32,000 nucleotides of DNA from Sinorhizobium meliloti (lineage in GTDB: Bacteria; Pseudomonadota; Alphaproteobacteria; Rhizobiales; Rhizobiaceae), in NCBI RefSeq assembly GCF_017876815.1, contig NZ_JAGIOS010000001.1:660001-692000 (forward strand). The letters run 5' to 3'. Below the pieces are notes generated by a model. The model saw only the letters and a program-made list of their open reading frames with translations, had not been told where the DNA came from and did not search any database. Position numbers and translations under genes: made by a program. Shown here piece after piece: positions 15,134-22,108 of this stretch (positions are counted from its first letter, which is position 1; every line of letters begins with the position of its first letter).

Positions 15134-16579
15134 TCAGTTGCCGCTTTCGGCGGCCGCTGCGACCTCAGTTTCGCCGGAGGCTCCGCCGCCGTAAATCGCC
15201 GGAGCCAGATCCGCCTCGGCCAGCCAGAAGTCGCGCTTGGCGTTGATCGCGAGCAGGATCGAATTGACCTTTTCGCGGCTGTCGGCGAGCAGTTCGAAGG
15301 TGCTGGTGATCATCCCGTTATAGGTGAGGAGGGACTGCTCCTCGATCTTGGTGCGCAGCGGCACGACGCTGTTGCGGTAGTGCCGGGCGATGTCGTAGTT
15401 GGCGCGGTAGGCCTGATAGGCCGAGCGTGCTTCCGAGCGGACATTGACGGCCTTCTCGGCGAGAAGGTTCGCCGCCCGCATATAGGCGAGCTCGGCCTTG
15501 CGCATGCGCGCCTTGCCGCTGTCGAAGATGGGAATGGCGAATTCGAGATCGACCCGGCCGGTCGTCTCCGACGAAATGTCGCCGTCCTCCTTTGCCCGCT
15601 CGGTCTCGAAGCCGGCGAGGAGGTTGAGGTCGGTGACGTAACGGGTGGCCTCGGTCAGATTGTAGGATCTGGCCGTCGCCTCCAGGTCGAGCTTCGCCAT
15701 CTGGAGATCGACACGGCGCCGCAGGGCTTCCGCCTCGATCTGGTCGCGCTTCATCAGGCCCTTCGGCAGGGAAGCCAGCCGGTTCGGCACCTGGAATTTG
15801 ACGTCCGAACCCCAGAGGCCCAACAGCCGCGTCAGTTCCTCCTTGGCCAGACGCGCCTCGAGCCGCGCCTTGGCCCCTTCTCCCGCCAGTTCGGCGTAGA
15901 AGACATGCTCGCGGGCCTGCGACCCCTTCGTCATGGCCCCGCTCTCGCCGAGCTTTTCGGCAAGCTCGGACGCCGCGTCGGCCGCCGCCTGCGCCTGGTT
16001 GAGCTGGCCCACCGTTTCCCAAGCCGCTACGGCATTGATCCAGGCACGCCGCGTCTCGGAAGCAAGCTGCAACGTGCGCGAAGCGGCATCCAGCTGCGCC
16101 TTCCGGAACTCGGTGTCGGCGAGCGCGATATTCCTGTCGCGGGTGACGAGCGCGAGAATGTTGGAGACGATCGCGCCCTCGACCGTCCGGAACGCCGTAA
16201 GTCCAGGCGTGCCGATTCCCGTAAGCCCGACACCGACGGTCGGGTTGACGAGCATTGTCGCCTGCCAGACGTCGGCCGCCGACTCGCCGAGATCGGCATA
16301 GGCCGCCTGCAGCCCCTTGTTGTTGAGCAGCGCGACCTGGACCGCCGTCTCGACGTCGATGGTCTTCTTCGCCATCAGCGCCTTCACCCGCTCGGAGACG
16401 GAGCGGGCCTGTTCCTGGTTCTGCACCCATACGGTCTGCTTGCCGGCGGCTTCGGCCGTTGTCGCCGCGACCAGGGAAAACCCGGCATTCTTAACCGCGT
16501 ACTCGCCAGCGGTAACGCAGCCGCCGAGTACCAGCGGCAGTGCGAGCGTCGCCGCCAGCTTCATCCTGGCTTTCATCAT
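15134..16579 (-). CDS. TolC/CusC-family outer-membrane efflux lipoprotein
   Basis: Lipobox LVLGGC. Long Ala/Leu/Glu-rich coiled repeats typical of the OEP family (two halves, each with ...Y.A..dLg.s.adv / L.r.i.E..L.tyN.M...). ATGA overlap with the upstream small gene. Confidence 0.85.
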   Translation of the reverse strand: MMKARMKLAATLALPLVLGGCVTAGEYAVKNAGFSLVAATTAEAAGKQTVWVQNQEQARSVSERVKALMAKKTIDVETAVQVALLNNKGLQAAYADLGESAADVWQATMLVNPTVGVGLTGIGTPGLTAFRTVEGAIVSNILALVTRDRNIALADTEFRKAQLDAASRTLQLASETRRAWINAVAAWETVGQLNQAQAAADAASELAEKLGESGAMTKGSQAREHVFYAELAGEGAKARLEARLAKEELTRLLGLWGSDVKFQVPNRLASLPKGLMKRDQIEAEALRRRVDLQMAKLDLEATARSYNLTEATRYVTDLNLLAGFETERAKEDGDISSETTGRVDLEFAIPIFDSGKARMRKAELAYMRAANLLAEKAVNVRSEARSAYQAYRANYDIARHYRNSVVPLRTKIEEQSLLTYNGMITSTFELLADSREKVNSILLAINAKRDFWLAEADLAPAIYGGGASGETEVAAAAESGN

Positions 16580-16803
16580 GATGCGCCTCCTTTCGGAGCC
16601 TGCGCATCATTCTGGTCGCGCCATGGTTTGGGATCGACGGCCCTGCGGTCCGTATAGCCCGCGACAGGACTCGTATAGGCAACGGGGCGCACGTCGGCAT
16701 CGTTGGCCGGGAGCTCCCCCGAAGCGATCACATCGGGAGGCAGAGTGGCGGCGCAACCGCTCGCAAGAAGCGGCAGGACGGCCACGAAAAACAGATGTTT
16801 CAT
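16576..16803 (-). CDS. Small lipoprotein of unknown function
   Basis: MKHLFFVAVLPLLASGC has a lipobox; 75 aa. Its stop overlaps the OMP start. The longer track ORF (to 16878) has a non-signal N-terminus. Confidence 0.5.
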   Translation of the reverse strand: MKHLFFVAVLPLLASGCAATLPPDVIASGELPANDADVRPVAYTSPVAGYTDRRAVDPKPWRDQNDAQAPKGGAS

Positions 16804-16897
16804 GGATTTATCCGAATAGGAGATTGCGGCAGCGCTCGAGAGCAAGGCTTGCTCGCGAACACGCGTTCGACCCGTCAATCGGACGGGTGCATCCTAT

Positions 16898-17275
16898 TCA
16901 GGCGCTTGGGGGCCGGTGCAGCAGCGGCATTTCGCCCGTCGTCCGGGCGTCGTCGACGAATTCCCGGACGGGGGATACGCGGGGTCCGCCAATAGCGTCG
17001 GTCGCCGCGAGAATCGCCATGCCGGCACAGAAGTCTTTGCAGCATTGCTGCTTCGCCGGCTTTTGGTCGCCTTCGGCAGAGGAGTCTTGATCGCCGTGCG
17101 AATGCACGCCGCTCGCCGTATCGTGATGGTCGCTCGACTGCGCGATTTCAGATTTAGACCAGCCGCTGTGCATGGCTGCGGAGGAACTCGGCAATGCGTA
17201 TACCGCCAGTGACACGAAAATCACCAGGCGGAACAGAATCAACAGCTTTTGCGTCGTGATTCGCAGCATGCCCAT
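16898..17275 (-). CDS. Membrane-anchored His/Cys-rich putative metal-binding protein
   Basis: One N-terminal TM helix, then SSDHHDTASGVHSHGDQD and QQCCKDFCAGM. First gene of the copper operon. Start uncertain: TTG 17281, ATG 17275 or ATG 17269. Confidence 0.5.
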   Translation of the reverse strand: MGMLRITTQKLLILFRLVIFVSLAVYALPSSSAAMHSGWSKSEIAQSSDHHDTASGVHSHGDQDSSAEGDQKPAKQQCCKDFCAGMAILAATDAIGGPRVSPVREFVDDARTTGEMPLLHRPPSA

Positions 17276-17605
17276 GCTCAATGCCTATCATCGGGCTCAA
17301 AATTGTCAATCTTCAGCTCACATCGACACGCAAGGCGCATCGACGTGTGGCGCGACTACAACGGGCGAACTTCGCCGCTGCAACCCGATTTCGAGTTCTA
17401 GGGCTTACAACGATGGCAAGGTCAATCGGAAAATATCGGGGACGAGAAAAAAGTCGAAAGTCTCAGGTGCCGTGGCATGCCCGCCACGGTCAGGAAATTG
17501 TTAACCATATTCTCCGTTCCTCGGGGAACAGCCCGGCCGGCGCCACAGGAATAACTCTATTCCGCGCTCTTTCGAACGCGGAAGCAAAACAACAGGTCGG
17601 AGAAG

Positions 17606-17758
17606 ATGGACATGATCAAATCGGGTCTCGGCGTCACCGTCGCGGTTCTCGCCCTGTCCATCACAGTCAGCGGCATCCTGCATTTTGCGCTGTCCAGCTA
17701 CCGCCCGGCGGCGAATGCCGCCGTGTCGCACGAAATCACCTCATCGATACCACGATGA
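17606..17758 (+). CDS. Unlisted 50-aa small membrane protein (below the ORF-track cutoff)
   Basis: My translation: MDMIKSGLGVTVAVLALSITVSGILHFALSSYRPAANAAVSHEITSSIPR. GGAGAAG lies directly upstream of the ATG, third-position GC is strongly high, and there is one clear TM helix. Confidence 0.4.
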   Translation: MDMIKSGLGVTVAVLALSITVSGILHFALSSYRPAANAAVSHEITSSIPR

Positions 17759-17804
17759 AAGAGGCCGCCTTGTCAGGCGCACAAAGATCGCCCGAGAATA
17801 TGCG

Positions 17805-18017
17805 TCAGGAAACGCGGCGACGCTGTTCCGGGCCGAAATCTCCCAGCTGAGCCAGAAGTTCGTCGCAGGAGCACTTCTTCGTGTCCATCAAGTCGAGAAT
17901 GCGCTTGGCGGCCCTGTTGGCCTCCACACCATCCCTGCCGACATTGTGCAGAGCGCACCAGATATCGAGCGCTCCGCGCATGACGTCCACGTCATCCGGA
18001 GAATAGGCCTGACGCAC
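17805..18017 (-). CDS. Hypothetical 70-aa protein
   Basis: GTG start 5 nt after GGGAGG. High GC3 and a balanced helical-looking composition (MRGALDIWCALHNVGRDGVEANRAAKRILDLMDTKKCSCDELLAQL). Confidence 0.5.
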   Translation of the reverse strand: MRQAYSPDDVDVMRGALDIWCALHNVGRDGVEANRAAKRILDLMDTKKCSCDELLAQLGDFGPEQRRRVS

Positions 18018-18121
18018 GAACCCCTCCCAAGGTGTACCTCAACGACCTCATCATGGGGCAATCGGGGGGAAATTCAAGGAAATAGTGGGGTACCGCAATA
18101 AGTCATATGATTGAGGGATTC

Positions 18122-18150
18122 GAAGCCGCAGCCGCCGGTTTCTTTTCTCT
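18122..18150 (+). terminator. Terminator-like hairpin with a T-tract on the plus strand, just downstream of the pncB stop
   Basis: GAAGCCG-CAGCCGC-CGGTTTC (7-bp stem with one G-T pair) followed by TTTTCTCT on the plus strand. On the minus strand (the pncB direction) it is preceded by an A-tract and has no U-tract. Confidence 0.35.
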
Positions 18151-18152
18151 CG

Positions 18153-19457
18153 TCACACCCGTACGGATTGCTCCACGAAATCCTCGCTGCCGAAAAATTT
18201 CAGATAGCGCTCGACCTCGGCTGGATCCCCCGTCGCCTTGCGCGGGTTGTCCGAGAGCTTGACGGCCGGACGGCCATTTGCCTCGCTGACCTTGCATACG
18301 ATGGAGATCGGGTTGAGGCCGTTGATTTCGGTCGGGGCGCAGCCGGCGAAATCATTCGTCAGGTTCGTTCCCCAGCCGAAGCTCATGCGCACGCGCCCTC
18401 CGAAATGGCAGTAGGTCCTGATGATCGTGTCGACGTCGAGGCCGTCGGAGAAGATCAGAAGCTTCTCCCGCGGGTCTCGGCCCATCTTCTTCCACCAGGC
18501 GATGATCTTCTCGCCTCCCTCGATGGGCGGGGCACTGTCCGGCCGGAAGCCGGTCCAGTCCGCCACCCAGTCGGGTGCATCCCTGAGGAACGCGGCCGTC
18601 CCGAACGCGTCCGGGAGCACGATCAGGAGGTTGCCGCCATAGAGCTGGTTCCAGTCCTGCAGAACCTTGTAGGGCGCGGCCGCAAGCTCGCGGTCGTTGC
18701 GGGCAAGCGCCGCAGCCACCATCGGCAGCTCGTGCGCATTGGTGCCGACCGCCTCCAGATCATTGTCCATTGCCAGCAGCACGTTGCTCGAGCCTGTGAA
18801 GGACGAGCCGATGCCTTCCTTGAGCGCCTCGACGCACCAGCGCTGCCATAGGAAGCTGTGCCGCCGGCGCGTACCGAAGTCGGAAATGCGCAGGTTCGGA
18901 TGCTCCCGCAACTGCTCGACCTTCGACCACATCTTGGCCTTGGCGCGGGCATAGAGGACGTCCAGCGTGAATGGGCCGAGCCCTTTCATCGCCGCGCGCG
19001 AGCGCAACTCGTTGATGATCGCGAGCGCAGGGATTTCCCACATCGTCGTCTCGGCCCAGCGGCCACGAAAGGTCAGTTCGAATTGGCCGTCACGACGCGA
19101 CAGCTCGTATTCCGGAAGGCGGAATCTTGCGAGCCAGGCGAGAAATTCCGGCGAAAAGATCTGCGTGCGGCCATAGAAGCTGTTACCCGCAAGCCATATC
19201 ATTTCTTTCTTGGTAAAGCGCAGGCCTCGCGCGTGGTCGAGCTGGTCGCGCAGTTCCTGTTCGTCGATCTCGTCGGCAAGGCGCACCGTCTTCGTGCGGT
19301 TGATCAGCGAAAAGGTCGCGTCCACGTCCGGATAGAGCTGCCAGATCATCTGCAGCATCAAAAGCTTGTAGAAATCCGTATCGAGCAGGCTGCGGACGAT
19401 CGGATCGAGCTTCCAGGTATGGTTATAGACCCGTCGCGCGATATCGGTCTTTGGCAT
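18153..19457 (-). CDS. pncB: Nicotinate phosphoribosyltransferase
   Basis: [39 protein letters not shown]... together with full-length family features ([32 protein letters not shown]). ATG 19457 is preceded by GAGGAG. The track's longer N-terminus is Arg/Pro junk. Confidence 0.92.
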   Translation of the reverse strand: MPKTDIARRVYNHTWKLDPIVRSLLDTDFYKLLMLQMIWQLYPDVDATFSLINRTKTVRLADEIDEQELRDQLDHARGLRFTKKEMIWLAGNSFYGRTQIFSPEFLAWLARFRLPEYELSRRDGQFELTFRGRWAETTMWEIPALAIINELRSRAAMKGLGPFTLDVLYARAKAKMWSKVEQLREHPNLRISDFGTRRRHSFLWQRWCVEALKEGIGSSFTGSSNVLLAMDNDLEAVGTNAHELPMVAAALARNDRELAAAPYKVLQDWNQLYGGNLLIVLPDAFGTAAFLRDAPDWVADWTGFRPDSAPPIEGGEKIIAWWKKMGRDPREKLLIFSDGLDVDTIIRTYCHFGGRVRMSFGWGTNLTNDFAGCAPTEINGLNPISIVCKVSEANGRPAVKLSDNPRKATGDPAEVERYLKFFGSEDFVEQSVRV

Positions 19458-19572
19458 GCAATACGCTCCTCTTGGACCGTCATGACCCGCTCTGAAGCGA
19501 GGCGATCGTGGTCGATATCCTAAGTCCGAGCGGGGATGCGGCCGACGCCGCACTTCCCCGTCCCGGGGGCGA

Positions 19573-20172
19573 CTAGATCAGCCGGACGCCGGCATCGCGC
19601 ATGCGCAGGGTCATGGCCGCAAGCGAGCCGTTCAGATCGATGCCACGGCAGGCGCCGAGCACCACCGACGTCGAAAAACCCTTGGCGACCGCATCGAGTG
19701 CCGAGAAGGCAACGCAGAAATCGGTAGCCAGGCCGCAAAGCGTCACGCTTTTTATGCCGCGCTCGCGCAGGTAACCGGCAAGCCCGGTCGGGGTCCGGTG
19801 GTCGTTTTCGAAAAAGGCGGAATAACTGTCGATCTCGCGACGGAAGCCCTTGCGTATGACGAGCTCCGCCGAGGTCCATCGCAGGGACGGATGAAAATCG
19901 GCACCGGCGCTCCCCTGGACGCAATGCTCGGGCCAGAGCGTCTGCTCTCCGTAAGGCATCGCCACGGTCTGAAACGGAGCCTTGCCCGGATGCGTCGAGG
20001 CGAAACTGGAATGGCCGGCCGGGTGCCAGTCCTGCGTCAGGACGACATGCGGCGACGCGTCGATGAGGCGATTGACGGCGGGCACGATTTCATCGCCGCC
20101 CTCGACCGCGAGAGCGCCGCCGGGGCAGAAGTCGTTCTGCATATCGATAACGATCAGGGCTTCGTCAGCCAT
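19573..20172 (-). CDS. pncA: Nicotinamidase / pyrazinamidase
   Basis: [19 protein letters not shown] ... [12 protein letters not shown] ... [10 protein letters not shown] is the isochorismatase-family nicotinamidase catalytic pattern (Asp, Lys, Cys and a His metal site). ATG 20172 follows GAGAGG. Confidence 0.9.
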   Translation of the reverse strand: MADEALIVIDMQNDFCPGGALAVEGGDEIVPAVNRLIDASPHVVLTQDWHPAGHSSFASTHPGKAPFQTVAMPYGEQTLWPEHCVQGSAGADFHPSLRWTSAELVIRKGFRREIDSYSAFFENDHRTPTGLAGYLRERGIKSVTLCGLATDFCVAFSALDAVAKGFSTSVVLGACRGIDLNGSLAAMTLRMRDAGVRLI

Positions 20173-20281
20173 TGCCTCTCGCAAATCCGGCCGAGCCGCA
20201 TCGGCCATCAACAAATCGATCCCGATCACGATGATTCAGGTCGGATCGACCTAAGTCATGAACGTGATCGATTCTAATAAG

Positions 20282-20335
20282 TTAGAGCGGGATGCGGGCG
20301 GAAAACCGCATACGCTTTTCCTCATCCCGCTCTAA
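20282..20335. repeat. Intergenic palindromic repeat element (RIME/REP-like)
   Basis: TTAGAGCGGGATG (20282-20294) and CATCCCGCTCTAA (20323-20335) form a perfect 13-bp inverted repeat around a 28-nt loop. The loop contains the nested hairpin GCGG-AAAA-CCGC. I recognise this word as a common rhizobial intergenic repeat. A related partial copy lies at 19519-19541. Confidence 0.6.
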
Positions 20336-20447
20336 ACCAGATCAATCATAGAACGCGCGCGGCGGCAAGCATGTTCGACGCTCGCGACGTGAATCCCGGC
20401 GAACCTGCGAAGCTTATAAAGGTGATTGATTATAAGACGTTAATGCA

Positions 20448-20504
20448 TGCCGGCCGAAAGCATTCAGCCGGCAGCCGCGTCGACACCGCCCACGCCTGGT
20501 GTCG
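20448..20504 (-). terminator. Two tandem hairpins downstream of rkpU
   Basis: CGACACC-N10-GGTGTCG (20481-20504) and TGCCGGC-N12-GCCGGCA (20448-20473) lie directly after the rkpU stop on the minus strand. There is only a weak T-rich tail. Confidence 0.35.
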
Positions 20505-20517
20505 GCCCACTCCAACG

Positions 20518-21705
20518 TCAGTTGTTGAAATCGTTGAGATTGTCGGCGACGTTCACGCCGGAATTCACGATACCGATCGGCCGTGCGACGAAATCGAGGA
20601 ATTTCGTGATGTCGACAGAGGGATGGCGCGAGGCGTAGATGACGTCGCGATTCTTGACCGGGAAGGTCTGACCGACGATGAGGCTGTCCGGTTTCGTCAT
20701 GTCGAACCGGTAGACGACCGGGTAGCGCCCGACGCGGTCGGCCTTCATGCCCTTGCTCAGCAGCTTGTGAAAACGCTCCTGCCCGAGCAGGCTCATGACG
20801 ATATCCGGCTCCTCGTAGCGGAACACGAAGTAACCTTTGGCATCCACCGTCCGGTCCGAGCCGCCGCCGGCGAGCGCCACGGCCTCGAGCAGGTTGAGAT
20901 CGTTGGCGCCGAACTCGACGCGCTGATTTGCCCGCACCTGGCCGAGCACCGTGAAGGTGCGCGGATCGCGCGTCACGAATATCTGGTCGCCCGGCTTTAC
21001 GTGAATGTTTTCCGAGGGGCTCTCGATGATCGACTTCAGCAGGACCGTGCCGGTCTTCTTGCCGCGCACCAGCGTCACATAGGTCTCGTAGGGCTGCGCC
21101 GATGGCCCGCCCGCCTTCGCGATGACCTCGTTGATCGTCTCGCTGACGAGATTGAGAGGCACGACAGAAGGACGGCCGACGGCACCGGACACCGTGACGA
21201 TGCGCGACGCCGTCGACGTCGACGTCACGATCACGTCCGGCTCGACGGCCTTCTGTTTCAACGCATCGAGGATCGCCTGGCGCGCCTGCTCGAGCGTCAG
21301 GCCGGCAAAACGGACCGATCCGACATAAGGGATTGCCGCCTTGCCATCGGGCTGGACGACGAGATCGATGCTCGTCTGCTTCGATTCAGTTGTGGAAAAC
21401 AGCCCGTCGCTGCCCGCCTCGAAGATCGTGACCTTCAGCTGGTCGCCAATGCCGATGACCACCTGACCGACGCCGCCGCCGATGCCGAAGCGGCGGCTGA
21501 GGGTTGTGGAAACATATTCGGAGACGAGCCGCGCCGACTGGCCATCGACATCTACAATATCAAATACCGTCGCGTTCCTTCTGCCGATCTCCGAGCCGGA
21601 CTGGCCGGCATCCGAAACGATATCGGTTGTCAGAGGGCCCTCGCCCGGCACGGCCTGGCATCCCGCAAGCGCGGTACAAAGCAGAAGGGCAGTCACTCGT
21701 TTCAC
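20518..21705 (-). CDS. rkpU: Wza/KpsD-family outer-membrane polysaccharide export lipoprotein
   Basis: Lipobox LLLCTALAGC. Poly_export motif region (GDQLKVTIFEAGSDGLFS...DGKAAIPYVGSVRFAGLTLEQARQAILDAL) followed by SLBB-like repeats (VTVSGAVGRP..., FTVLGQVRANQ...). It sits immediately upstream of and divergent from rkpA, as rkpU does in Sinorhizobium. Start: GTG 21705 lies 7 nt after GGAG; the alternative is ATG 21741. Confidence 0.85.
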   Translation of the reverse strand: MKRVTALLLCTALAGCQAVPGEGPLTTDIVSDAGQSGSEIGRRNATVFDIVDVDGQSARLVSEYVSTTLSRRFGIGGGVGQVVIGIGDQLKVTIFEAGSDGLFSTTESKQTSIDLVVQPDGKAAIPYVGSVRFAGLTLEQARQAILDALKQKAVEPDVIVTSTSTASRIVTVSGAVGRPSVVPLNLVSETINEVIAKAGGPSAQPYETYVTLVRGKKTGTVLLKSIIESPSENIHVKPGDQIFVTRDPRTFTVLGQVRANQRVEFGANDLNLLEAVALAGGGSDRTVDAKGYFVFRYEEPDIVMSLLGQERFHKLLSKGMKADRVGRYPVVYRFDMTKPDSLIVGQTFPVKNRDVIYASRHPSVDITKFLDFVARPIGIVNSGVNVADNLNDFNN

Positions 21706-21741
21706 TACGACACTCCGTGTTCGGCACAGCAATGATTCCAT

Positions 21742-22108
21742 ACAGATATCTGCGCCGCATTTTCCCGGCAGGGAATCCGCCGGTCTCTGAAAAGCACAAA
21801 GGCCGTCCCACAACAAGCCACCTCGCCGCGACAGCCGGCAAAATAATCGAGACTGCGCTCTTCCGGCCATACCGCCTCGATATTGGTTACGAACCGTCGC
21901 CGTAATTGTATTGGATGGATCGCAGGAGACGTATATCTAGCCCTTCGGGGTTGAAAGCTAGGCACTATGAGTTAAAAGCTCACTAATACAGCGCAGGGGA
22001 TAAAACCGGGGATACCCGCAGAGCAGGAATGTCGCCGATTGCAATTTACGTTAGACCTTGCAATGGGCTAAGACAATTTTAACGGCAGTTCAGAGCGTTC
22101 GATCTTAC
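21742..22108. promoter_or_regulatory. rkpU / rkpA divergent intergenic control region
   Basis: About 370 bp, lower in GC than its surroundings. Contains the inverted repeat ATTGCAA-N13-TTGCAAT (22038-22064), the direct repeat GGGGATA at 21996-22002 and 22008-22014, and a CCC-TTCG-GGG tetraloop hairpin at 21941-21950. I identified no promoter hexamers with confidence. Confidence 0.4.

Noticed and set aside
11713-16657. Long plus-strand ORFs (11713-12876, 13095-13688, 13746-15101, 15380-16657, 16317-17090), plus the minus-strand ORF 12880-13314.
   Set aside because: All overlap recognisable genes (cyclase, CusF-like, cupredoxin, multicopper oxidase, TolC-like OMP), either antisense to them or in an alternative frame. 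They have Arg/Gly/His-rich, domain-free translations, so they are GC-driven artefacts.
17281-17850. 189-aa plus-strand ORF crossing the copper-operon upstream region, and the CCGTGGC-ATGCCC-GCCACGG hairpin at 17470-17489.
   Set aside because: The ORF is Arg-rich, lacks an SD and runs through AT-rich intergenic DNA into the better-supported 50-aa ORF frame region. The hairpin has no adjacent U-tract on either strand and I recognise no riboswitch consensus.
18111-21735. Plus-strand ORFs 18111-18851, 18858-19523, 19798-20277 and 20371-21735.
   Set aside because: They are antisense to pncB, pncA and rkpU, all of which are recognisable over their full length on the minus strand.
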